Assembly: GCA_044892525.1 (NCBI GenBank)
Contig: CM097885.1
Coordinates: 24,430,001 to 24,494,000 of the forward strand
Length of the DNA stretch: 64,000 bases
Direction of reading: 5' to 3'
Source of the DNA: Schmidtea polychroa
Lineage: Eukaryota
Below are positions 30,301 to 44,950 of the stretch, piece after piece. Position 1 is the first letter of the stretch, and every line of letters begins with the position of its first letter. Under the pieces are notes generated by a model, which was given only the letters and a program-made list of their open reading frames with translations, was not told the origin of the DNA and ran no database searches. Position numbers and translations under genes: made by a program.

Positions 30301-31579
30301 GAACCATTATTTACTTTAATTGAAAAATTTACCACGTTTTTAGTGTAGACCACCTATTTCTCAGGACCAAGGAGACCCACCTCACTATAGTCTGAAAAAT
30401 CCTTGGCTTCTTTAGTGTAGACCAGCTTTTTGTATTGAAAATATCCTGAGACCTTAAATTACCATGCTTTTTTAGTGGTAGTCGGATTTTTGTATTGAAA
30501 ATATCCCGAGACCTTAAATTACCACGTTTTTTAGTGTAGACCACCTATTTCTCAGGTTCTAGGAGACTCACCTCACTATAGTCTGAAAAATCCTTGGTTT
30601 TCTTAGTGTAGACCACCTATTTGTATTGAAAATATCCCGAGACCTTAAATTACCAAGTTTTTTAGTGTAGACCACCTATTTCTCAGGACCAAGGAGACTC
30701 ACCTCACTATAGCGTGATAAATCCTTGGCTTTTTTAGTGTAGACCACCTATTTGTATTGAAAATATCCTGAGACCTTAAATTACCATGCTTCTTTATTGA
30801 AGACTCACCTCACTATAGTCTGAAAAATCCTTGGCTTTTTTAGTGGTAGTCGGATTTTTGTATTGAAAATATCCTGAGACCTTAAATTACCACGTTTTTT
30901 TTTAGTGTAGACCACCTATTTCTCAGGACCAAGGAGACTCACCTCACTATAGTCTGAAAAATCCTTGGCTCTTTTAGTGATAGTAGGATTTTTGTATAGA
31001 AAAAAATTTTTCGTATTGAAAATCCCAGGACCATCGAGACCCCCTCACTATAGTGTGAATAATCCTTGGCTTTTTTAGTGGTAGTCGGATTTTTGTATAG
31101 AAAAAATTTTATTTGTATTGAAAATCCCAGGACCATCAAGACCCCCTCACTATAGTGTGAATAATCCTTGGCTTTTTTAGTGGTAGTCGGATTTTTGTAT
31201 TGAAAAAAATTTTTTGTATTGAAAATCCCAGGACCATCGAGACCCCCTCACTATAGTGTGAATAATCCTTGGCTTTTTTAGTGGTAGTCGGATTTTTGTA
31301 TAGAAAAAATTTTATTTGTATTGAAAATCCCAGGACCATCGAGACCCCCTCACTATAGTGTGAATAATCCTTGACTTTTTTATTGATAGTCGGATTTTTG
31401 TATAGAAATTCCCAGGACCATCAAGACCCTCTCACTATAGTGTGATAAAAAAAAATTTGGACCAAAAATCCCTGAAAGCAAAAAAATGAGTTGGGAACAA
31501 TTGCGTAATAAAAATTTGGGAACAAACCCCCCCCCCCGGGGGGGGGGTAATTGTTCCCGTAGGCCACTATCTACCTACT
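13952..31579. mobile_element. Element B: palindromic non-autonomous Polinton/Maverick-like element, 17.6 kb, inserted in A's left arm
   Basis: Starts AGTAGGTAGATAGT and ends ACTATCTACCTACT. The TSD CTTTCG is at 13946-13951 and 31580-31585. The empty site (CGAAAG) is at 45793-45798 in A's other arm. Arms are 13952-21884 and 22805-31579; the spacer is ~920 bp. ORFs 20402(+) and 23971(-) are identical mirror copies. Confidence 0.93.
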
Positions 31580-31839
31580 CTTTCGAATGAGCTATAGGTA
31601 TCTTATATATCTTTAATAGTTTTAATGTTATTAACAATTGATGACCACCATCTTTTCAACGTTAAATTATTATTATTATTCTAAATATTATTAATTGGTC
31701 CAGCGGTGACCTACTTTTTTTCATCCCAAAAATTGTTGTTCCCACCAACATATTATATTGATCGATAGCTTATTTTAAAGCTCAGTCCAAGAACTTTCGA
31801 ATGAGCTATAGATTTTTATCATACGATGACTCATCACAT

Positions 31840-32210
31840 TTTTAGAACAAAGACAATGACTCATCACATTTTTAGAATGATGTCTAATATTTTAGAATGA
31901 TGCCAAATATTTTTAGAACGATGTCTATTATTTTTAGAATGATGTCTAATATTTTAGAATGATGCCTAATATTTTTAGAATGATTACGTCATAATTTTAG
32001 AACGATGTCTATTATTTTTAGAATGATGCCTAATATTTTTAGAACTATTACGTAATCGATGTCTAATATTTTTAGAACGATGCCAAATATTTTTAGAACG
32101 ATGCCTAATATTTTTAGAATGATTACGTCATACTTTTAGAACGATGCCTAATATTTTTAGAATGATTACGTCATACTTTTAGAACGATGCCTAATATTTT
32201 TAGAACTAAT
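31840..32210 (+). repeat. A subterminal ~20-bp repeat (TTTTAGAACGATGCCTAATA) with TTACGTAA/TTACGTCA inserts; mirror at 45170-45550, short arrays at 13740-13835 and 45910-46003
   Basis: Tandem units are visible. Confidence 0.88.
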
Positions 32211-32859
32211 AATTTTGTTTTAATTATCGATTATATAATAATTTAATTTTGTTTAAATCGTTGATTATATAATTTGTTTAAATCATTGATTATATAATTT
32301 TTTGTTTTAATTATCGAATACGTAATAATATAATTTGTTTAAATCGTTGATTACATATTATTATTTTTTAATTTTCAATATTTTCTTTTAAAATATTAAC
32401 GCCCATGTGGAAGATGTTATTTTCAAAATTATTATTATTATTATTATTATTATTTGCAATTATTCATAAAACTTAATTTCTACATCAATTTCATGATTTT
32501 CAACATTTTCATCATTTGCATTTTTTAATAATTATCAATATTTTCATAATTTTCTACATTTTCAATATTTTCACGATTTTCAACATTTTCATGATTATTT
32601 CAGGAACTTTTACATCAAATATTGTTCAAAGTATTATTTTCAAAGAATTATTTTCAAAGTTTTAATCAATATTATTATTATTATTAATATTATTATTATG
32701 ATTATTATTATATATACTCCTAGTCTATCCGACAAGATATTCTGTCCCCCTAAGGGTAATGGTCACAAAGGTACTACTCACATTCAACAAGTCACAAGGG
32801 TACTGCTCACACTCAATATGTCGTAAATTATTATTATTATTATTTCAAATACAAGTTCA

Positions 32860-32962
<103 letters not shown>

Positions 32963-33324
32963 TATTATTACGCGCACGGGGAATATTATTATCATATATA
33001 CTCTTAATCTATCCGACAAAATATTCTATCCCTTTATGGGTATTGCTCATATGGGTAATGGTCAAAGGTGTACTACTCACATTCAACATGTCTCAAAGGG
33101 TATAATATAATTATTATTAAATTCTGACCAACTTAAATCAATGAAGGGGTAGAACAAAAATATATTAAGTTGCGGTATTTTAAATTTAAAAATATTTTAA
33201 AAACTTATTTTGACACTAAAGTTTACTTAATTAACAAAGACATAATTATTGCACATGCTTTGCATAAATATTATTATTTTTTAAATTTTCAATATTTTCT
33301 TTTAAAGTATTAACACGCGCGGGA

Positions 33325-33384
<60 letters not shown>

Positions 33385-33389
33385 GTTAA

Positions 33390-34228
33390 TGAAAAATCTA
33401 AAATATGGTTTACACACACAACCCCTCAACCATTATTATTATTATCAATATTAAAAACCTAAAATATTTTCTACACACACACACATGCACAACTCATTAA
33501 CCATTATTATTATCATTATTAGTGAAAACCTAAAATATTTTTTACACACACACACAACCCATTAACCATTAACCATTATTATTATCAATATTAAAAACCT
33601 AAAATATTTTTACACACACATATACAACTCATTAAACTTATTATTATTATTATTATTATTGCAAATATTAGTCAAAAACCTAAAATATTATTTACACTCA
33701 CACAACCCATTAACAATTATTATTATCAATATTAGTGAAAAACCTAAAATATCTTCTACACACATATACAACCCATTAACCATTATTATTATTGCAAATA
33801 TTAGTCAAAAACATAAAAACACTCATAAACCATTATTATTATTATCAATATTAAAAACCTAAAATATTTTTTACACACACACACAACCCATTAACCATTA
33901 TTATTATTATTATCAATATTAAAAACCTAAAATATTTTTACACACACATACAACTCATTAAACTTATTATTATTATTATTATTATTATTGCAAATATTAG
34001 TCAAAAACCTAAAATATTATTTACACTCACACAACCCACTAACAATTATTATTATCAATATTAGTGAAAACCTAAAATATTTTCTACACACACACACACA
34101 CAGCCCATTAACCATTATTATTATTGCAAATATTAGTCAAAAACATAAAAACACTCATAAACCATTATTATTATCAATATTCGTGAAAACCTCAAATATT
34201 TTTTACACACATATACAACCCATTAAAC

Positions 34229-34295
<67 letters not shown>

Positions 34296-34330
34296 GTGAA
34301 AAAACCTTAAATAATTTTTACATACTAAGT
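33390..34330 (+). repeat. CA/ATT-rich minisatellite in the A arm; mirror at ~43280-43970
   Basis: Units AAAACCTAAAATATTTTTACACACAC..ACAACCCATTAACCATTATT. The left arm has an extra ~329-bp block (ORFs 33659 and 33988). Confidence 0.85.
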
Positions 34331-37300
34331 TATGGGGTAGAGTATTATTATGTTTGCAGTATTCTGTGTTTGCCTTTACAGGAAGTTGTCAATAAGGAGC
34401 GATAATTTTACACACACATTCTATATACACATACCTTGTTTAACATGGGTGTATATACTCCTAGTCTATCCGACAAAATATTCTGTCCCCCTATGGGTAA
34501 TGGTCACAAAGGTACTACTCACATTCAACATATCGCAAGGGTATATTAATTAGGGTTAGTAAATAAAACTTATGACACACACTTTTATATTTAAACGATA
34601 AAAATCAAGACAAGAGAGGACAAGGCAAAGTTAATGCATTTAGTATTGCCAGGCCTAATGAGCAGTGACCAAATATCTGTGCCTGAAAGACACGGTGGAT
34701 ATTTGTTCGCGTCCACAAGGGTCGTCTGTGCCTCCCCCAAGTGGGGTCAGAAGAACCTGGGCATTATAGTTTTCCGTATGGAACATTACGCCTAGCATGG
34801 GTAGTCAACTACCAGCACATTCGAAACGTATAATTTCAAAATACATGCGTCATTGGCACTATAACCAAATTAATTAATGTTTTCACTAACACAAATATAT
34901 ATTTACAGAGGCCTCCCACTAGTTGGATTACAACCGCCCACCACGACGATCAGCTTGTAAATATATATTAATTAAGGGATAAAGAGGACCCACCCAACCC
35001 TATTATATTTAATTTACAAATTTTTCTCGCTCTTCTGCTGGTATTCTATATCAAAATTATCATCTCCATCGGGCCATTTGGAATACATCTTGCGAATTGG
35101 ACATATTTCTTAGTTTCTGATGTGGCGTCAACTATCATTGCTAAAATTTATATTGATTTAAAAGCAATTAACTTACATTATCTAGCATTTTATCGTCACA
35201 GGCTTGATAAATTAGGCAACTGTTATTTGTGGTATACTTTTTCAATGTCATTTCCCACCATAAAACACAGATACCTAAATATAATATATATATTTTAAAG
35301 AATTAATTCATGTCTTACATTAATAATAATATTCTTCAGGTAGTACTTTACAATATCTAATTGCTAAAACATCGGTTTTTCCCATTTTTCTTGACAATCG
35401 TTGAAAGTTTACATAATTTAAGTCTGATAATTCATGTTGAAGGACACCCACAATCAGCTAATTCATTTAAGAAATCCGGAACATAGCAATGTTTCACCAT
35501 TTTGTCTGGTTCATTTTCTTCTATAATTCATGTTTTAATAAGAAATCTCTAAATCCAGAACATAAGTCTTTTAGTGTTTCACCATTTTGTTCATCTTCTT
35601 CATAATCATATAATTCATTTTCTTCATTACTAAGTAAAATAATTAAAATATTTTAGTAAATTCTTTATTTACTTACTTTATGGATACTAAAACGAAAGAA
35701 ATAACGTTATATCAGAATTATATTTAAATAATTTAAATTTAGTTATTTAAACATATTTAAACACTTTAGTTATTTAAGCATATTTAAACATTAATATTAT
35801 TATATAGTATAATTTTATATAATATTATAATATTATAATATTATGTATTGTAAATTTAATATATCCTTAATTTAATTTTTTAAATTCAAAAATTTATAAT
35901 GAAGATTCTTTGAATTAAAAAAATATTCTGTTAGTATTTCCAGGCAGAAAACAACGAATTCAATAATTAAAATCTTAATTTTCATGTTGTTAGGGTTGTG
36001 GCCAGAAGTTAATCGCCATCTAATCGTTTGTTCTCAATTTCGCTCATTTTTGTTCAAAACATTCAGGTGAGTTGTTATCTGGAAAGTTTCTTTGAGCTCA
36101 GTTTTGTTAAAACACTCACGGTATTTTTGAGGGACGTGTCACTGGAAATAAATTAACAATGGGTAGTCATACATACATGTTGTTGGTTTGAACTGTTGAT
36201 TTATTTTAGAAATATGTATATTAAAAACATTTAAGGTATCATTCAGTAAAATAATATAGTATTTTTGAGTATTTTTAGTTGATTTATAAATAACAGTATT
36301 TTGATATATCAATAAAGACCATATACTCCTAGTTTATCCGACAAAATATTCTGTCCCCCTATGGATATTGCTAGCAAGGGTACTGGTCACACTCAACATG
36401 TCGCAATATTAATCATTTAGAAATTCTTAGGTAAGATAATCAGAAATTTGTGAATATTTTAAATGTAACTTTACACTTATGTCGAGCGACTAATTTATTG
36501 GTTAACTTTGTAGTCATTTAAAGCAAAATTTAATTTATTCATCTAATGTTCGTTACAATAGATAATAATATGAGAAAAACATGGTCATTATTCATTGATA
36601 ATTTTAAATTCTTTATCATTTGGAGTAAATTTGTTTGAGGCAAAAATATTTAAAGGAGTCATAATAGAAATATGGTTATCATTTAACCAAATAAGGTGCT
36701 TATTAGTTAAAAATATATATTTATATAGGGTTACAATTCTTTTCTAATTTAATTAGATGATCATTAGACGTAATATATCTTTGCGAGAAATTTAAGATGT
36801 TTGAGTAACCAAAACATTGATATTTTGGGTCATCAATTTATGAATAGTGCTTAATTTTCTCATTTTTAGTGATTTAAAATAATATTTAGCAAAGGTAATT
36901 TGGCAAAATATCACTTATCCATCCGATAACAATATTCCTTCAATAGATTAACTGATATTCAACCGATTTAATTTCTAATTAAAATCATAAAATTCCTTCA
37001 ATAAAGATCAATTTTCTTTAACCGTTGTCGATTTCCAACTTTTAAGTCAATATTTCTCAAGTTTTGTCACTGATGTCCCCACAATGAATAAAATAACTTC
37101 TTAAGTAAAATAATTTAAAGCAATAACCTTTGATATCAATCCCAATTAATTCTAAAGATTTCAAATATTTCATTGTGAAAACCAAGTAAATTGATCATTA
37201 ACCCTAAACGACTTAATAAAACAGTGGATAATTAATATAAAACTGGTTCTAAAACATAAATCTAAATTACTGTGCAATAACATTCATCACAACCTAATAA

Positions 37301-40300
37301 ACCTCTAAAACGATATAATTTCACAGGAACTATTATTAATTCATAGCTAAATACTGACTATTTCCCTTTAAAATTTACCAATAAGAACATTGTCGATTTA
37401 AATAGAGATTTTAAACATTTCCACCAAATATTTCTATCATTTTAAACACCTTAAAAATCATATATTACCATCTTAACCAACCGACTTTAATATATCAGAC
37501 CTTTAATATATCAATTCTCTTAAAATCCATAGAAAATTCTTCAAAATATGAATTTTATTTATTTGTTACAGACATCCTTCCATTGAAATAATTTAGTATC
37601 TAAATTCATGTAGTAAGAGCCCATTAAAAAAATCAAAATTTACTAAAATCAATATTTTCTACAAATATTTCACCACATTTACCATCAAATACCTAACTAG
37701 AAATGAAATATATCGATTGATCATAATTCTTCATCGATTCAGCTAATTATATAGCAATTATAACGTGATATATCTTTCAAAATCACAAATTTCAGTATAT
37801 TTTACAATAATTTTTACAAAAATTAAATAATAATAACTTGATTATTGTAAAAACTCTAATTATTAACCTAACAGTCATTAAAAATATTATTATTTAAAAG
37901 TAAATTTAAAAACAAGTCAATAAAATATAGCAAATTATCAAGAAATTAATTAAATTTGTCTTAGAATTAACACTAAAACGTTAAATTTCAAAATATTCTT
38001 TCAATTATTCACAAAAAGGTTAGTAATAATGTTAGTAAAATCCCGCTAACTCTAAAAATTACCAACGAATTTAATGCTAAATAATAACCAAAAATTTGCC
38101 TAAATAAAACACACCAATACCTTTACGACCAGTACCCTTACGAGCAGTACCAATTGTGAACAGTACCCATAGAGGGAGAAAATATCTTGTCGGATAAACT
38201 CAGAGTATATATAATAAAACGAATTAACAATAACTCCATCAAATTGAATCAGTCAAATTAACACAAATTTTGATAAAAAATCTTATTCTAAAATGGTAAG
38301 AAGCGTAAAGTCGAAAGATAATTTTAATAACACCGAGATAAATTAACAATATTATTCTCAGGTGGTAAGAATCTTCATTAAAGTTAGGAAATTATTTATT
38401 ATTCTGTGATAAATTAATAATAAACTTCAAAGGGGTTAAAATAAGTGTTAGAATAATTCATTATTGGATTATGGAAGGTTAATGAAAATATACTGAGAAG
38501 TGGCATGGATATATATTAATTGTATTTATTTAAAATTATTTCAAAAAATTCATAAATTTCATAAAAATTCATAAAAAACGTTCACTTTAATAAAAAAAAA
38601 TATTTAATACAATTTTAAAAGAAATATTTGCCAGGAGAATATAAATGATAATAATTAGTGGGAAATCGAGAGTCGGCGGCTATAAGTGATGAGGATATAT
38701 AAAATTATTTCTATTATATGAGCTACTAACGAATTAAAATATTTTAATAATGTGATAAACTTTTATTTAATAAAGTATTTAATCCCCAAATGATTATTTT
38801 ATTACATAAGAAACCGTGAATTGTATTTGACAGAGTAATTATGATAAATTCCGATTTTAAATTTTGATTAAGTCCTTTAATATTAACAATTTATTATTAA
38901 ATTTACTATTTTACACTAAATATTTCAAAAACAAATATTCCAAAAGATAATTTAAGATACATTACTCTTTTTAATGAAAATGAGCACTGAAAGTTAAAAG
39001 GTACACTCGAAAACTCACTCAAATATAACCGAAAGTTATAAAACAACAAAACTAAATTCGTTTAAATATTTTATAGCAATTGGTAGTTCTTATAATTTCC
39101 TAACTTTAATGAAGATTCTTACCACCTGAGAATAATATTGTTAATTTATCTCGGTGTTATTAAAATTATCTTTCGACTTTACGCTTCTTACCATTTTAGA
39201 ATAAGATTTTTTATCAAAATTTGTGTTAATTTGACTGATTCAATTTGATGGAGTTATTGTTAATTCGTTTTATTATATATACTCTGAGTTTATCCGACAA
39301 GATATTTTCTCCCTCTATGGGTACTGTTCACAATTGGTACTGCTCGTAAGGGTACTGGTCGTAAAGGTATTGGTGTGTTTTATTTAGGCAAATTTTTGGT
39401 TATTATTTAGCATTAAATTCGTTGGTAATTTTTAGAGTTAGCGGGATTTTACTAACATTATTACTAACCTTTTTGTGAATAATTGAAAGAATATTTTGAA
39501 ATTTAACGTTTTAGTGTTAATTCTAAGACAAATTTAATTAATTTCTTGATAATTTGCTATATTTTATTGACTTGTTTTTAAATTTACTTTTAAATAATAA
39601 TATTTTTAATGACTGTTAGGTTAATAATTAGAGTTTTTACAATAATCAAGTTATTATTATTTAATTTTTGTAAAAATTATTGTAAAATATACTGAAATTT
39701 GTGATTTTGAAAGATATATCACGTTATAATTGCTATATAATTAGCTGAATCGATGAAGAATTATGATCAATCGATATATTTCATTTCTAGTTAGGTATTT
39801 GATGGTAAATGTGGTGAAATATTTGTAGAAAATATTGATTTTAGTAAATTTTGATTTTTTTAATGGGCTCTTACTACATGAATTTAGATACTAAATTATT
39901 TCAATGGAAGGATGTCTGTAACAAATAAATAAAATTCATATTTTGAAGAATTTTCTATGGATTTTAAGAGAATTGATATATTAAAGGTCTGATATATTAA
40001 AGTCTGTTGGTTAAGATGGTAATATATGATTTTTAAGGTGTTTAAAATGATAGAAATATTTGGTGGAAATGTTTAAAATCTCTATTTAAATCGACAATGT
40101 TCTTATTGGTAAATTTTAAAGGGAAATAGTCAGTATTTAGCTATGAATTAATAATAGTTCCTGTGAAATTATATCGTTTTAGAGGTTTATTAGGTTGTGA
40201 TGAATGTTATTGCACAGTAATTTAGATTTATGTTTTAGAACCAGTTTTATATTAATTATCCACTGTTTTATTAAGTCGTTTAGGGTTAATGATCAATTTA

Positions 40301-41859
40301 CTTGGTTTTCACAATGAAATATTTGAAATCTTTAGAATTAATTGGGATTGATATCAAAGGTTATTGCTTTAAATTATTTTACTTAAGAAGTTATTTTATT
40401 CATTGTGGGGATATCAGTGACAAAACTTGAGAAATATTGACTTAAAAGTTGGAAATCGACAACGGTTAAAGAAAATTGATCTTTATTGAAGGAATTTTAT
40501 GATTTTAATTAGAAATTAAATCGGTTGAATATCAGTTAATCTATTGAAGGAATATTGTTATCGGATGGATAAGTGATATTTTGCCAAATTACCTTTGCTA
40601 AATATTATTTTAAATCACTAAAAATGAGAAAATTAAGCACTATTCATAAATTGATGACCCAAAATATCAATGTTTTGGTTACTCAAACATCTTAAATTTC
40701 TCGCAAAGATATATTACGTCTAATGATCATCTAATTAAATTAGAAAAGAATTGTAACCCTATATAAATATATATTTTTAACTAATAAGCACCTTATTTGG
40801 TTAAATGATAACCATATTTCTATTATGACTCCTTTAAATATTTTTGCCTCAAACAAATTTACTCCAAATGATAAAGAATTTAAAATTATCAATGAATAAT
40901 GACCATGTTTTTCTCATATTATTATCTATTGTAACGAACATTAGATGAATAAATTAAATTTTGCTTTAAATGACTACAAAGTTAACCAATAAATTAGTCG
41001 CTCGACATAAGTGTAAAGTTACATTTAAAATATTCACAAATTTCTGATTATCTTACCTAAGAATTTCTAAATGATTAATATTGCGACATGTTGAGTGTGA
41101 CCAGTACCCTTGCTAGCAATATCCATAGGGGGACAGAATATTTTGTCGGATAAACTAGGAGTATATGGTCTTTATTGATATATCAAAATACTGTTATTTA
41201 TAAATCAACTAAAAATACTCAAAAATACTATATTATTTTACTGAATGATACCTTAAATGTTTTTAATATACATATTTCTAAAATAAATCAACAGTTCAAA
41301 CCAACAACATGTATGTATGACTACCCATTGTTAATTTATTTCCAGTGACACGTCCCTCAAAAATACCGTGAGTGTTTTAACAAAACTGAGCTCAAAGAAA
41401 CTTTCCAGATAACAACTCACCTGAATGTTTTGAACAAAGATGAGCGAAATTGAGAACAAACGATTAGATGGCGATTAACTTCTGGCCACAACCCTAACAA
41501 CATGAAAATTAAGATTTTAATTATTGAATTCGTTGTTTTCTGCCTGGAAATACTAACAGAATATTTTTTAATTCAAAGAATCTTCATTATAAATTTTTGA
41601 ATTTAAAAAATTAGATTAAGGATATATTAAATTTACAATACATAATATTATAATATTATAATATTATATAAAATTATACTATATAATAATATTAATGTTT
41701 AAATATGCTTAAATAACTAAAGTGTTTAAATATGTTTAAATAACTAAATTTAAATTATTTAAATATAATTCTGATATAACGTTATTTCTTTCGTTTTAGT
41801 ATCCATAAAGTAAGTAAATAAAGAATTTACTAAAATATTTTAATTATTTTACTTAGTAA

Positions 41860-42950
41860 TGAAGAAAATGAATTATATGATTATGAAGAAGATGAACAAA
41901 ATGGTGAAACACTAAATGACTTATGTTCTGGATTTAGAGATTTCTTATTAAAACATGAATTATAGAAGAAAATGAACCAGACAAAATGGTGAAACACTAA
42001 ATGACTTATGTTCTGGATTTAGAGATTTCTTATTAAAACATGAATTATAGAAGAAAATGAACCAGACAAAATGGTGAAACATTGCTATGTTCGGGATTTC
42101 TTAAATGAATTAGCTGATTGGGGGTGTCCTTCAACATGAATGTTTACTTAAATTATGTAAACTTTCAACGAATGTCAAGAAAAATGGGAAAAAACCGATG
42201 TTTTATCAATTAGATATTGTAAAGTACTACCTGAAGAATATTATTATTAATGTAAGACATGAATTAATTCTTTAAAATATATATATATTATATTTAGGTA
42301 TCGGTGTTTTATGGTGGGAAATGACATTGAAAAAGTATACCACAAATAACAGTTGCCTAATTTATCAAGCCTGTGACGATAAAATGTTAGATAATGTAAG
42401 TTAATTGCTTTTAAATCAATATAAATTTTAGCAATGATAGTGGACGCCGCATCAGAAACTAAGAAATACGTCCAATTTGCAAGATGTATTCCATGAAATC
42501 ACTATCAAATGGCCTGATGGAGAGATTAATTTTGAGATAGATTACCAACAGAAGAGCGAGAAAAATTTGTAAATTAAATATAATAGGGTTGGGTGGGTCC
42601 TCTTTATCCCTTAATTAATATATATTTACAAGCTGATCGTCGTGGTGGGCGGTTGTAATCCAACTAGTGGGAGGCCTCTGTAAATATATATTTGTGTTAG
42701 TGAAAACATTAATTAATTTGGTTATAGTGCCAATGACGCATGTATTTTGAAATTATACGTTTCGAATGTGCTGGTAGTTGACTACCCATGCTAGGCGTAA
42801 TGTTCCATACGGAAAACTATAATGCCCAGGTTCTTCTGACCCCACTTGGGGGAGGCACAGACGACCCTTGTGGACGCGAACAAATATCCACCGTGTCTTT
42901 CAGGCACAGATATTTGGTCACTGCTCATTAGGCCTGGCAATACTAAATGC
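41860..42950 (+). pseudogene. Decayed intron-containing gene of unknown identity carried in the A arms; mirror copy at ~34640-35630 (-)
   Basis: Higher-GC exon-like blocks are separated by AT-rich GTAA..AG introns (42252-42297, 42396-42431, 42569-42632, 42680-42727). Peptides include IGVLWWEMTLKKYTTNNSCLIYQACDDK and LQDVFHEITIKWPDGEINFEIDY. In-frame stops are present. Confidence 0.5.
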
Positions 42951-43313
42951 ATAAACTTTGCCTTGTCCTCTCTTGTCTTGATTTTTATCGTTTAAATATT
43001 ATTAAAAATAGTAGGTGTTATAAGTTTTATTTACTAACCTTAATAAACCATAATATGCTTTAAACTCGAAAACCCTTGCGACATGTTGAGTGTGAGTAGT
43101 ACCTTTGTGAGCAATACCCATAGGGGGACAGAATATTTTGTCGGATAAACTCTGACTATATACACCCATGTTAAACAAGGTATGTGTATATGGAATGTAT
43201 GTATAAAATTATTGTCAACTTCCCGTGAAGGCAAACACAGAATATTGCAAACATATAATAATTCTCTACCCCATAACTTAGTGTGTAAAAATTATTTTAG
43301 GTTTTTGACTAAT

Positions 43314-43376
<63 letters not shown>

Positions 43377-43969
43377 TGTTAATGGGTTGTGTGTAAATAA
43401 TATTTTAGGTTTTTCACTAATATTTGCAATAATAATAATAATAATAATAATAATAAAGTTTAATGGGTTGTATATGTGTGTAAAAAATATTTTAGGTTTT
43501 TAATATTGATAATAATAATAATGGTTTATGAGTGTTTTTATGTTTTTGACTAATATTTGCAATAATAATAATGGTTAATGGGTTGTATATGTGTGTAGAA
43601 GATATTTTAGGTTTTTCACTAATATTGATAATAATAATTGTTAATGGGTTGTGTGAGTGTAAATAATATTTTAGGTTTTTGACTAATATTTGCAATAATA
43701 ATAATAATAGTAATAAGTTTAATGAGTTGTATGTGTGTGTGTAAAAATATTTTAGGTTTTTAATATTGATAATAATAATGGTTAATGGTTAATGGGTTGT
43801 GTGTGTGTGTAAAAAATATTTTAGGTTTTCACTAATAATGATAATAATAATGGTTAATGAGTTGTGCATGTGTGTGTGTGTAGAAAATATTTTAGGTTTT
43901 TAATATTGATAATAATAATAATGGTTGAGGGGTTGTGTGTGTAAACCATATTTTAGATTTTTCATTAAC

Positions 43970-44032
<63 letters not shown>

Positions 44033-44394
44033 TCCCGCGCGTGTTAATACTTTAAAAGAAAATATTGAAAATTTAAAAAATAATAATATTTATGCAAAGC
44101 ATGTGCAATAATTATGTCTTTGTTAATTAAGTAAACTTTAGTGTCAAAATAAGTTTTTAAAATATTTTTAAATTTAAAATACCGCAACTTAATATATTTT
44201 TGTTCTACCCCTTCATTGATTTAAGTTGGTCAGAATTTAATAATAATTATATTATACCCTTTGAGACATGTTGAATGTGAGTAGTACACCTTTGACCATT
44301 ACCCATATGAGCAATACCCATAAAGGGATAGAATATTTTGTCGGATAGATTAAGAGTATATATGATAATAATATTCCCCGTGCGCGTAATAATA

Positions 44395-44497
<103 letters not shown>

Positions 44498-44902
44498 TGA
44501 ACTTGTATTTGAAATAATAATAATAATAATTTACGACATATTGAGTGTGAGCAGTACCCTTGTGACTTGTTGAATGTGAGTAGTACCTTTGTGACCATTA
44601 CCCTTAGGGGGACAGAATATCTTGTCGGATAGACTAGGAGTATATATAATAATAATCATAATAATAATATTAATAATAATAATAATATTGATTAAAACTT
44701 TGAAAATAATTCTTTGAAAATAATACTTTGAACAATATTTGATGTAAAAGTTCCTGAAATAATCATGAAAATGTTGAAAATCGTGAAAATATTGAAAATG
44801 TAGAAAATTATGAAAATATTGATAATTATTAAAAAATGCAAATGATGAAAATGTTGAAAATCATGAAATTGATGTAGAAATTAAGTTTTATGAATAATTG
44901 CA

Positions 44903-44950
<48 letters not shown>

